The position numbers were made by a program, and so were the translations under genes. The notes under the pieces are model-generated. The model was given only the letters and a program-made list of their open reading frames with translations, made no database searches and was not told the DNA's origin. Source: an uncultured virus (IMG/VR IMGVR_UViG_3300015360_000026) (taxonomy: Duplodnaviria > Heunggongvirae > Uroviricota > Caudoviricetes). Taken from it: a stretch of 20,000 nt of DNA. The stretch is from IMG/VR virus record IMGVR_UViG_3300015360_000026; one strand, 5' to 3'. This document shows, one piece after another, positions 8,066 to 16,219 of this stretch (position 1 is the first letter of the stretch; every line of letters begins with the position of its first letter).

Positions 8066-8976
8066 CAGCGGTTCCTCTGCCCGCGACGCCGCACCGGCTG
8101 TGTGGCCGGGCGGGCGGGTGGGTGGTAGAGCGACGTTCCGGAGAACGGCTCGATCTCGATAACCTTACGTTCCTTAGCCACAGGTGGCCGGGCGACGCGG
8201 ACCGGCGGGTGGGCCATGCCCGGCCGTGGCGGCGGGGCATTAGCCGCCATGTCCCGGAACTCCTCGAACAGGTAGTGCGTCAGCCGGGCGTCGAACTCAG
8301 CCCGGTGGGCGTCCGTCATGTCGAGGTTGTACTTCTCTTTGAGCTTGTACTTTTCAACGCAGTGCCGAGTCAGGTTGGAGTGCACACCCGCCCCGCCCAA
8401 CCGGCCGAGACGCTTGAAGTAGTCCTTCATGGTCTCACCGACAATCGGCAACGCCTTGGCCTGGTCGTAGATCTGGTTGCCCTTCTCGATCGCCGCCGTG
8501 TCGAACACGCGGTCGTCGGGCAGGACGAACTCCCGCTTGTAGAACCCGGCCATGTTGTACGCGATCATCTCCTCGTCGAACGCGATGTTATGCCCGACGA
8601 AATAGAACCCGCTGTCGATGAGGCCCTGGAGGATCTCGTAGTACAGGTCAAACGCCCGGTCGGGCTCGACACCCTCGTCGGCCATCCGCTCGTAGCTGGT
8701 GGTGTAGTGCTGGCCGGTCTTGGCCATGCTCTCCCGGACGTAGTCGAGCCGCTCGCGGAGCCAATGGTCAGGCACCACCTTGTGGTTCCGCCAGTCGACC
8801 ACGACGTTGTACCGGCTCGTGATCTTGCAGTCCTCGACGATGACGTGACCGAACTCGGTGATGACGTCAACACCCTTCTTGAACCCCGTCGTCTCGGTGT
8901 CGAAACAACAGTACGTGCGAGGCAACTTGCCGCCGTACTGGTCCGTGAACCATTTGGGCCACATCGGAACGATCAC
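8065..8976 (-). CDS. DEDDh 3'-5' exonuclease (DnaQ/epsilon-like), 303 aa
   Basis: ExoI FDTETTG, ExoII VGHNIAFD, ExoIII AHRAEFDA; start trimmed to GTG 8976 with AAAGGAG RBS (ATG 8964 is an alternative). Confidence 0.92.
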   Translation of the reverse strand: MIVPMWPKWFTDQYGGKLPRTYCCFDTETTGFKKGVDVITEFGHVIVEDCKITSRYNVVVDWRNHKVVPDHWLRERLDYVRESMAKTGQHYTTSYERMADEGVEPDRAFDLYYEILQGLIDSGFYFVGHNIAFDEEMIAYNMAGFYKREFVLPDDRVFDTAAIEKGNQIYDQAKALPIVGETMKDYFKRLGRLGGAGVHSNLTRHCVEKYKLKEKYNLDMTDAHRAEFDARLTHYLFEEFRDMAANAPPPRPGMAHPPVRVARPPVAKERKVIEIEPFSGTSLYHPPARPATQPVRRRGQRNR

Positions 8977-8986
8977 GCCGACTCCT

Positions 8987-9499
8987 TTACCGGCCTCGGA
9001 GGGCCTTCCAGGTTGCTTCGAGACGAAGTGTGAACCGAACCCAGCGTCGCTTCCACGGCCCCATGGACAGCAACGCCTGGGCGTGGCTGCCGAAGGCCCG
9101 GAGGTCCTGGAAGGTCTGGCACGGCCCCTGACCGCCCAGGGTGGCCTCCCGGACTCCCGCGTAAAAGTACCCGAACATGACCGTACCAATCATCGCACAC
9201 AGAGCCATCTGGGCCGGGGCTGGGACCTTCCACCACCCCGACCTCTCCAACGCCTCGTGCATCTTCTCCTTGGGCAGCTCGGTCGCCGTCTGCACGAACG
9301 TGCAGGCTGCGGCACAGGCATCCCCGAGCTGATCCATCGTGATGCCCTCCTTGGTGAGGATAGCATCGAGTTCCGGCCACCGCCGGTCCTCCAGGCGAGC
9401 CGCGACCTCACGCATCACATCGCCGAAGCAGTGAGCTACGTCTCGATAGGAGTTGTAGAGTCGCGGATCGTTTTCCGACAGGCGTGCTTGCAGGCTCAT
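8987..9499 (-). CDS. Hypothetical protein (170 aa)
   Basis: ORF tiles between the MazG-like and exonuclease genes; its TAA abuts the next RBS. Confidence 0.75.
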   Translation of the reverse strand: MSLQARLSENDPRLYNSYRDVAHCFGDVMREVAARLEDRRWPELDAILTKEGITMDQLGDACAAACTFVQTATELPKEKMHEALERSGWWKVPAPAQMALCAMIGTVMFGYFYAGVREATLGGQGPCQTFQDLRAFGSHAQALLSMGPWKRRWVRFTLRLEATWKALRGR

Positions 9500-9527
9500 G
9501 TTCAGGTCCTAGAAACTGGAATCTACA

Positions 9528-9959
9528 TCAGTACCGCTTGCCGTGCTTAACGGGGCGGGTGTGGTTGAACGCCATCTTGGCCACGATGGCCTGGCCCAAC
9601 CGGAGCTTCAGGGCCGCACTCAGGTCCATGATGCGGATCACCGCGTCGGCCAACTCGATCTCGATGTTAGTGAACTGCGGGCACTTCTCGTCCGTCTCGT
9701 CGAAGCCGTGCTTGCGGTGGCTCTCCATCGCCTCAGACAACTCGCTAACCGTCAGCATCAGCTTCCCGGCGAAGTTCTGCTGCTCGGTCCCGGTGCCGCG
9801 ACAGTCCGGGCACTTGACCGGGCTGCACTCGTCGCAGTGGACGTCGACGCCGGTTCCCTTGCACTCCGGGCAGTCCTTCCAGAACTCCTTACTCTTCGCC
9901 CACGCCAGAATCTTCTCGCCGTAAGTGTTGACGGCGTCGGCGAACAGTTCGTCACTCAT
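9528..9959 (-). CDS. MazG-like nucleotide pyrophosphohydrolase with inserted DnaJ-type zinc finger
   Basis: KLMLTVSELSEAMESHRK and IEIELADAVIRIMDL; C-terminal FNHTRPVKHGKRY; CPECKGTG...CPDCRGTG insert; ATGA coupling. Confidence 0.88.
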   Translation of the reverse strand: MSDELFADAVNTYGEKILAWAKSKEFWKDCPECKGTGVDVHCDECSPVKCPDCRGTGTEQQNFAGKLMLTVSELSEAMESHRKHGFDETDEKCPQFTNIEIELADAVIRIMDLSAALKLRLGQAIVAKMAFNHTRPVKHGKRY

Positions 9960-10228
9960 GCCTTCTTCTTTCCGACGGGCGGTTTCACACCCGGCTTCTT
10001 AGGTGGAGGGTTCTCCCAGGCGTCCACAATACGCTGGAAGCGTTCCTTGAACTTCTTCGTCATTTTGCCGATCTGGTCGTCGACCTTCGTCTTCTTCGCG
10101 TCACTGACGCGGGACTCGAACATCTTGGCCAGTTCCTCGGTCGACTGGCCGTGGGCCACCTTGAGAGCGGCCAAGAGGACCTTGGCTGCCATGTATCGAG
10201 CGGACGGTGTGCGGCTTGCGTTTGCCAT
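9956..10228 (-). CDS. Small basic hypothetical protein (90 aa)
   Basis: Start trimmed to ATG 10228 (MANASRTP) with AAGGGAG RBS; Lys/Pro-rich tail. Confidence 0.75.
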   Translation of the reverse strand: MANASRTPSARYMAAKVLLAALKVAHGQSTEELAKMFESRVSDAKKTKVDDQIGKMTKKFKERFQRIVDAWENPPPKKPGVKPPVGKKKA

Positions 10229-10230
10229 CG

Positions 10231-10315
10231 TAACTCCCTTTAGTGACACGACCGGGGACTCGGCCACGGTCGTGACGATCATCTCTTTCACGGCACGAAA
10301 GATCAAGAGGAGCTA
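10231..10315 (-). promoter_or_regulatory. Putative structured intergenic leader (three-way junction) pairing the RBS of the 9956..10228 gene
   Basis: Closing stem UAGCUCCU(C)UU/AA(A)GGGAGUUA; hairpins UCUUUC/GAAAGA and CACGACCG/CGGUCGUG. Confidence 0.5.
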
Positions 10316-12430
10316 CGCCTTCAACGCGGCGTCCGCCCGCTTGGCCAGCTCGCCCTGGAGGGACTCGGTCGTCCAAAACTCCAGTGCCTTCGGGTCGCCC
10401 GCGTCGATGTCGTACGGGTTACTCTTCATCCCGTACACCCACAACAGATCGTCGACGATCTTGGTGCGGGACTTGTACCAGAGCGTGGGGAACTTCGCCC
10501 GTGTCAGGTTGAACACCTGCCCGAAGATGTCGCGGATCTCGGTCTCCGCGAACGGTGCGGTGCGGAGTTGGACGACGTGCCGCAGAGCCCGGATGTTCGC
10601 CGTCATGCCGATCTCGTTCGCCTGCCCGTTGGGGGCAATGCGACGGATAGCACTGGTGATGGCCTTCCGCTTGTCGAAGTTGAACGAGTCGTCCGGCACC
10701 CACTTCAAATCCTCGCGGAGCGTGCCTGCCGGGATGTTCGCCCACGCCGCCAGGCACTTCGACTCGTTCGGCTTGGCCGTCAGACCCGCCTCGGCCGGGG
10801 CGTGCGGGAACTTCGGGTTCGGCTTACGCAGGCCGAGCTTGCACTCGGTCAGGTACACCAGGTCTTCGATGCACGACAGCCCTTCGAGCCACAGATCCTT
10901 CACGGGATTGAGCAGATTGCTCCAGACCAGGTCGATGCTGTCCAGGCGGCAGTACCGCCCCGACGTCTGCGAGTACGCCCACCCGGCCCGCTGACGCACC
11001 TGCTCGTGGGTGTTACCACACCAGAACGCAAGGCCGTGACAGCGAACATAGATAATCCCGTCCTGCGTCTTCGGACAGTACACCTTCCCGTGATAGTCCT
11101 CCTCCCAGAAGTGTTGGGTCTTGATGATCGACACCGACTTACGACTCACACTGACGACCCAACTCGGCTTCGTGTGCCGGATGATGCCATCGCGGAAGTC
11201 TCGTGTGACGCCGGAGCGGTCGTCTTTTCGCACGTTGGCACACAGACCGAGTCGCCCTAAGAGAACCTGCCACTGACCGGCGGCGTGCTCCGTTTCGCAG
11301 TACAAGGCTTGGTGGCCGTTCGAGTGATGTACGGTCCCGTCACCAGACATTGCCGCAGCGAAGAAGCCACGAAGAAGTCGCCGACTCAGATTGAACAGAT
11401 CAGTAACGAAATGCCGCTCCTTGTTGTTAGGCCCGATCATCTGTTTAGCCCACGCCGACAACTCACCGTCCGAGATCGTGAAATACTCGATCCGGCTGTC
11501 AGAGTACGGGAAATACTCGATCCGGCTGTCAGAGTACGGGCCGTGGTGCCGCCACCGGCTCCCAAACAACTCGCTCATGAGCGAGTGCAGTGCCGGCAGG
11601 TTGCCGACCTTCGACTGGTTGATGACGCACTGGTTCGGACGCTCGACGGAAAAAGTACCGTCCGTTGCCATCCATCCCAACCACTCCATCAGGCGGTAAG
11701 CGTCGTAGGTGTGTTCACCGATCTGGAACTGCTCGCGGTCGTCTTCGGCCGCAAATGAAACTTCGTGGTCGATGACGATGGGTTTGCGAAACACCTCCGA
11801 GATCGGCACCTTCTCGGAGTAAAGAGCCACGTTCTCGGCCAGCGACAGCCCACGAGCCCGACGCGGATTGACGCGAGCCGCCCACAACAAGTGGTCGGGC
11901 GTCATGCCGGGCGACACCATCTGCCCGGTCTTCCAACCGAGTAACTTCCCGTCGTAGTCGAAGCTGTGGACGCTGGCAGGAGTCTGCCACTTAGCCTTCC
12001 TGGTGTCCGGGTTCAGCGTCAGGAGTTCATCAGCGACGGTCAAGTCTTCGATCTTCTTCCAACCGCTGTTCGTGTAGACTTCCGTGCCCTGCTCGTAGCA
12101 GTAGACCCGCGAGCAGTCCGTCACGAGGAAGTTGATGTTGCAGTGCTCGAACACCGAGCCGTGGCCCGTGTCGAAACAGCTCTCCAGGTTGGCCTTCACC
12201 GACCGAACCTTGCTCACGTTCGCGTTCTTGCCCACCACCAGGCTCTTGTAGCACAGCTTGGCGTACATGGAGCACAGCGACTCGCCGCCGGAGATGCCCG
12301 CCACGCGGGCGGCCAGGTAGTCGTCCCAGAAGTCCATCTGCTTGGTCTTCTCCAGGTACGCCTTCACACCCGGCTCGTGGATCTCCGTGAACCCGGTCAG
12401 GAACACTTCCGGCTTAACGAGCTGACCCAT
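10313..12430 (-). CDS. thyX: Flavin-dependent thymidylate synthase ThyX containing an intein (705 aa precursor, 342 aa mature)
   Basis: GHGSVFEH, SRVY|THEQVRQR...SQTSGRY, TANIRALRHVVQLR...AETEIR motifs. Confidence 0.93.
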   Translation of the reverse strand: MGQLVKPEVFLTGFTEIHEPGVKAYLEKTKQMDFWDDYLAARVAGISGGESLCSMYAKLCYKSLVVGKNANVSKVRSVKANLESCFDTGHGSVFEHCNINFLVTDCSRVYCYEQGTEVYTNSGWKKIEDLTVADELLTLNPDTRKAKWQTPASVHSFDYDGKLLGWKTGQMVSPGMTPDHLLWAARVNPRRARGLSLAENVALYSEKVPISEVFRKPIVIDHEVSFAAEDDREQFQIGEHTYDAYRLMEWLGWMATDGTFSVERPNQCVINQSKVGNLPALHSLMSELFGSRWRHHGPYSDSRIEYFPYSDSRIEYFTISDGELSAWAKQMIGPNNKERHFVTDLFNLSRRLLRGFFAAAMSGDGTVHHSNGHQALYCETEHAAGQWQVLLGRLGLCANVRKDDRSGVTRDFRDGIIRHTKPSWVVSVSRKSVSIIKTQHFWEEDYHGKVYCPKTQDGIIYVRCHGLAFWCGNTHEQVRQRAGWAYSQTSGRYCRLDSIDLVWSNLLNPVKDLWLEGLSCIEDLVYLTECKLGLRKPNPKFPHAPAEAGLTAKPNESKCLAAWANIPAGTLREDLKWVPDDSFNFDKRKAITSAIRRIAPNGQANEIGMTANIRALRHVVQLRTAPFAETEIRDIFGQVFNLTRAKFPTLWYKSRTKIVDDLLWVYGMKSNPYDIDAGDPKALEFWTTESLQGELAKRADAALKA
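11012..12100 (-). mobile_element. Intein (363 aa) with LAGLIDADG homing endonuclease domain
   Basis: N-terminus CYEQGTEVYTNSGWKKIEDL, block B TPDH, LAGLIDADG-like WLGWMATDG and FFAAAMSGDG, C-terminus YHGKVYCPKTQDGIIYVR...WCGN followed by Thr; removal restores SRVYTHEQVR. Confidence 0.95.
11481..11540. repeat. Perfect 30-bp tandem duplication (2 copies)
   Basis: AAATACTCGATCCGGCTGTCAGAGTACGGG at 11481-11510 and 11511-11540; encodes PYSDSRIEYF twice. Confidence 0.97.
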
Positions 12431-12762
12431 TATTTGTTCTCACTGTATTCGGGAGTAGACAACACATCCGCACTTGGAACGCACGTCCAACCTGCAACGT
12501 GCCATTCGAGCTGCTCTGGCCATTCAGCAACGGTACAAATGTTGCCGTCGCTGCTGTATACCTGATCCTCCAACCAACAGACAATGGCTCCCTGCTCGTT
12601 GACGGTCACCGATTCAATGCTGGTCGGGTCAGAGTTACGGTCGACTGACACGCCCAAACCGACAAAAGGAGCCAACGGCAGGCTCCGCTCTTTGGCATAG
12701 AACTTACAAGAACCCGGCACGCCATCGTGCCCAATCAAACGAATCAACCACACCTTATACAT
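12430..12762 (-). CDS. Hypothetical protein (110 aa), lower GC than neighbours
   Basis: GGAG upstream; TAATG coupling to thyX. Confidence 0.7.
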   Translation of the reverse strand: MYKVWLIRLIGHDGVPGSCKFYAKERSLPLAPFVGLGVSVDRNSDPTSIESVTVNEQGAIVCWLEDQVYSSDGNICTVAEWPEQLEWHVAGWTCVPSADVLSTPEYSENK

Positions 12763-12786
12763 AGCTGTCTCCAGATCCGATACTCC

Positions 12787-13107
12787 TCAAATACAGTAAT
12801 CGGGCGGGAACTCGGACACCTTCACAGCAGCCTCGACGGCTGCCCAGGTCGTGTCCGGCCCGCAGTGGAACTTCCTACCCTTGTAGTTGACACGGTACTG
12901 ACCGAAGAACAAACCAGACACGTCACCGTCTTCCTCACCCGTATCATCGTCGATGTGCTCGGCGACATTGTCGATGAACCTGAACTGCGTGCAGGCCGAC
13001 TCGAACATCGGCACCATCACGACCAACCCGCCCGGAACGTCGTTCTTCCGGGTCCGCTTCACCGTCTTAACCATGGACGGCTCGTCGTGCTTGTCGAACA
13101 CGCTCAC
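12787..13107 (-). CDS. Hypothetical protein (106 aa)
   Basis: GTG start with AAGGAG RBS. Confidence 0.75.
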   Translation of the reverse strand: MSVFDKHDEPSMVKTVKRTRKNDVPGGLVVMVPMFESACTQFRFIDNVAEHIDDDTGEEDGDVSGLFFGQYRVNYKGRKFHCGPDTTWAAVEAAVKVSEFPPDYCI

Positions 13108-13110
13108 CGG

Positions 13111-14082
13111 TCACTCCTTCTTGTTACTCTTCCAAGCGTTCTTCATGTAGCATCCCACACACGCCGCCTTACTGCGGTCGACATCGAAAGGGACGTTGTC
13201 CTCACCGCACTCGTCGCAGTGCTGGAACACGTAGTCGCTGGCGTGCGTGCCGCCGCGACACGAGTTGTACCCGTACTTGCACCTATGGCACGGCACCAGA
13301 TGCGGCAGCTTGCCCATCTTGCACTGGTCGAGCATGGGTAGAGTCCGGTGCCGCAACCGCACCTGGCCCAAGTTCCACGCCCGCAGGCTCGGGGGCACGT
13401 TCGTCTTGATAAACCCCGGCCGGCCCTCGTAACACGCCTTGGATTCGACGAGCACGTACAGCCGCATGGTCACGAGCTGCTCCAGGGAGTCGAACGTGCG
13501 GGCCGTCACACCCTCGCGGGCGTGGCGGGGAATGTGCTCGAAGCCGAAGGACTTCGTGGCCATGTAGCGGCAGAGTTTGCTGCTCCAGAACTTGCGAATC
13601 AACAGCGACGCGGGCGTGCCCGCGATCACCTTGAACACAAACGTGGCCCCCGGCTCGCCTCGCTTATTGAGAGTACGGTTGCACGCCATGATCTGCACCG
13701 GCACCCACTCGGGGAACCGCTGCGTGGTCCACGTGCGAACTGGTCGGAGGGCTTTTAAGCGGGGCTGGTTGCCGGCCAAAAGGTGGCAGGTCATCCGGAT
13801 GAGGTTCTCGTCCAGCTTGGTGCCGATCAGCGGCCGGAGCGACTCCCGGATGACATCCCGGAGTATTGACGGAGACAACTGCTCGGCGACCATGTCGACC
13901 ATGGCCTCGAACCGATCACCCTCCGGGGTCTTCCCCAGGAACTCGTGCATCAGAACTTCGACCAGGGAGTTGCGGAGGGTAATAATCGCCTGGATTGGGT
14001 AGTTCCATTCGATAGACCCTTCCGTCGGCAGCTGCCCGCTGCTCTGCTCTTCGGACTTTCCCTTTTTGTACTCGCTCGGCAT
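13111..14082 (-). CDS. Hypothetical protein (323 aa) with C-terminal Cys-rich zinc-binding region
   Basis: C..PCHRC..C..H and CDEC..CVGC; start uncertain because of overlap with the upstream ORF. Confidence 0.8.
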   Translation of the reverse strand: MPSEYKKGKSEEQSSGQLPTEGSIEWNYPIQAIITLRNSLVEVLMHEFLGKTPEGDRFEAMVDMVAEQLSPSILRDVIRESLRPLIGTKLDENLIRMTCHLLAGNQPRLKALRPVRTWTTQRFPEWVPVQIMACNRTLNKRGEPGATFVFKVIAGTPASLLIRKFWSSKLCRYMATKSFGFEHIPRHAREGVTARTFDSLEQLVTMRLYVLVESKACYEGRPGFIKTNVPPSLRAWNLGQVRLRHRTLPMLDQCKMGKLPHLVPCHRCKYGYNSCRGGTHASDYVFQHCDECGEDNVPFDVDRSKAACVGCYMKNAWKSNKKE

Positions 14083-14566
14083 GGCGTTCCTGTTGCTTGC
14101 GGATCTTCTTCAGCGACGTCTCGGCGTCGATGAACTGATCCTCGACCCACAGAACTGCGTCACCGCTCTGATCGGTCGCCACGAACAGGTGTTCGTAGTC
14201 GCCGTTGTCGTTCACAACACCCTCGAAGTATTCCCATCCTGGGAACCACCGGTCACCGACAAGCCCACGGAGCGTCTTCAGGACGACGCCGAGGAGGTTG
14301 CCGTTGCCGCCGGTGTTGAAGTACCTGACGACGGACTGGAGTAGCAGCTCCAGCCTTGCACAGTCCGCCCGGTCGGCCTGGGTGTGGTTCTCCCACTTCG
14401 CGAGCAGCACGGACTGATCCGTATCACCCTTGAAAAGAGGCTGTCGCTCGTCGAGTACCACCAAGTAGAGGTACAAAGACAGCGACAGTTCTCCAAGCTC
14501 GACCCGCTCGACGCGGTAGCCGTCACGCGGGCTGAGCGGCTTAAAATCATATCGTTCTGTTGTCAT
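13916..14566 (-). CDS. Hypothetical protein (216 aa)
   Basis: Start trimmed to ATG 14566 (MTTERYDF), ATGA-coupled to the 14563 stop; 3' end overlaps the next gene by 167 nt. Confidence 0.7.
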   Translation of the reverse strand: MTTERYDFKPLSPRDGYRVERVELGELSLSLYLYLVVLDERQPLFKGDTDQSVLLAKWENHTQADRADCARLELLLQSVVRYFNTGGNGNLLGVVLKTLRGLVGDRWFPGWEYFEGVVNDNGDYEHLFVATDQSGDAVLWVEDQFIDAETSLKKIRKQQERHAERVQKGKVRRAEQRAAADGRVYRMELPNPGDYYPPQLPGRSSDARVPGEDPGG

Positions 14567-14985
14567 GTTGCCTTCGGTTCCGGAACCGTCAGTGCCCCCT
14601 GCACGAGCTTGTACATCTCCTGGGCGTTCTTGATCAGACTGTCGATGGAGGCAAGCATCGTCTTGCCGTGTGCGTCGCACATGGGGGCAAGGATGTAGTT
14701 CAAGTAAGAGGGGTCGATTTCCTTGAGGTCGGACACGACGTCAATCATCTTGACGCCGTCGACGGACGCCTTGTAGTGAAAGATCGGCAAGCCCTTGGCC
14801 CGCTCGCCGTCGGGGAGGGTGTCGTTGATGGTGTTGAGGGCTCCCGACAGGTAGTTGTACCCGGCAAGGCTCCGCTCCATCTTGAACAGGTCATCCGTCA
14901 TGTTGTCGAGGATGTCACGCGGCGTGCGTGACGGGCGAGGTGGCGAGGTTCGCGGGGGAACCGGCACGGTCGTGGCAGGGGTCAT
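14563..14985 (-). CDS. Hypothetical protein (140 aa)
   Basis: ATGA coupling at both ends. Confidence 0.8.
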   Translation of the reverse strand: MTPATTVPVPPRTSPPRPSRTPRDILDNMTDDLFKMERSLAGYNYLSGALNTINDTLPDGERAKGLPIFHYKASVDGVKMIDVVSDLKEIDPSYLNYILAPMCDAHGKTMLASIDSLIKNAQEMYKLVQGALTVPEPKAT

Positions 14986-15419
14986 TGGTCCGTCCTAAAG
15001 GCCACCCCCACATAACAGCGGAAGGCGTCTTCCGGAGACAGGTCCGTACACTCGTGTCCCAACACGAGGACCGCTGACTTGGGTGGCAGCGGGTCAATAG
15101 ACCGTAAAGATTCCGCCGCCGCCAGACCAATCTGGATGCCCAGACCCCAGATCTCCGACAGTGACCGCCCTTTCGTGCGGTAGGCAAAGATCGGGATGCG
15201 GACATACTGATCCGAGTTCGTCACCCCCCACCTAATGTTCTCGATCAAGACCGGCGTCTGCGGGACCACGTACCGCCCGACGCGGCTCACCTCGGCGACG
15301 TTGAACACGCTGCCGTGCGGGTTCACGCCGTGGAGCAACTCACGCTCAATGACGTACGACGGCGGTACGCCGGTAATCAGGTTGGGCAGTACGTTGCACC
15401 ACTGCACGTCGAACTTCAT
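14982..15419 (-). CDS. Hypothetical protein (145 aa)
   Basis: Start trimmed to ATG 15419 (MKFDVQWC), ATGA-coupled to the glycosyltransferase stop, GAGGAAGG upstream. Confidence 0.8.
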   Translation of the reverse strand: MKFDVQWCNVLPNLITGVPPSYVIERELLHGVNPHGSVFNVAEVSRVGRYVVPQTPVLIENIRWGVTNSDQYVRIPIFAYRTKGRSLSEIWGLGIQIGLAAAESLRSIDPLPPKSAVLVLGHECTDLSPEDAFRCYVGVAFRTDQ

Positions 15420-16204
15420 GCCTTCCTCGTGATCTCGCAGTCGAACTTTTGGTGGGACAGGTCCGGCGGGCCGGGCCTGTAGTCCGCCCACAGTGCTTCA
15501 ATTTTGCCGCTCTCGCCTCGGCGAGGGGCCTTGGACTCTCGGCCCGCATCGTCGGCGTTAATGGCGATGCCCTGTCGATAGTTGACCAGGTGCCGCCCAC
15601 GCTGTTCAAGCAGCTCGCCCAGGATGCGATCGCCTGCTGTGTGGTGCAGTTCAGGGAACGGGTAGTTCCACTCGTGCAAGAACGATGTCCGAGCCGCCCA
15701 CCACGCCCCCTGCGGGAACGTGAAGACGTGGTGCCTATTCACGGGCGTCATGCACCAGGGCTGGGCGTTGATGCCCAGGTGCTGGTTGCCCATCAGCCCC
15801 ATCGTGTACCGGGCACCCACGACCGTCGAGCCACCGCTGATGTGGTTCTTCGACAGATACGTCGACACCACCTCAAACACGTACTTGTTGGTGCCAAGCA
15901 GATAACTGTCGTCGTCGAACCACATCACGTTCTCGGCGACCGGGTTCGCCGTGTCGTAGAACATCCGTCGCATCAGCGGGTACTTGCCGACGTTGCGATC
16001 GGTCGTGTACGTGATGAGCGGGCACAACTTCTTGATCGTCCCGCCCAGCAGGTCCACCGTGGTACAGGTCTCCTCGCCACAAGCGTTGAGGCCGATCCGC
16101 ACGTCGGCAATGAACTTCCAGTTGGCGTGCTGAATGAGTGAAAGCAACACACGCCGAGCAAGATCGGCGTGCGAGCCGTACAGGAGTACGCAAACGGAGA
16201 ACAT
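15416..16204 (-). CDS. Glycosyltransferase, GT-A fold / family 2-like
   Basis: N-terminal FSVCVLLY, RNVGK, VMWFDDDSY (DxD), GAWWAART, GDRILG; AGGAG RBS. Confidence 0.82.
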   Translation of the reverse strand: MFSVCVLLYGSHADLARRVLLSLIQHANWKFIADVRIGLNACGEETCTTVDLLGGTIKKLCPLITYTTDRNVGKYPLMRRMFYDTANPVAENVMWFDDDSYLLGTNKYVFEVVSTYLSKNHISGGSTVVGARYTMGLMGNQHLGINAQPWCMTPVNRHHVFTFPQGAWWAARTSFLHEWNYPFPELHHTAGDRILGELLEQRGRHLVNYRQGIAINADDAGRESKAPRRGESGKIEALWADYRPGPPDLSHQKFDCEITRKA

Positions 16205-16219
16205 CCCTGCTCCTGGTTA

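Noticed and set aside
8977..9189. Upstream extension of the exonuclease ORF to 9189
   Set aside because: Overlaps the 8987..9499 gene; GTG 8976 has a strong AAAGGAG
11481..11540. 30-bp repeat as a CRISPR array
   Set aside because: Two directly adjacent copies, no spacers, in frame within a CDS
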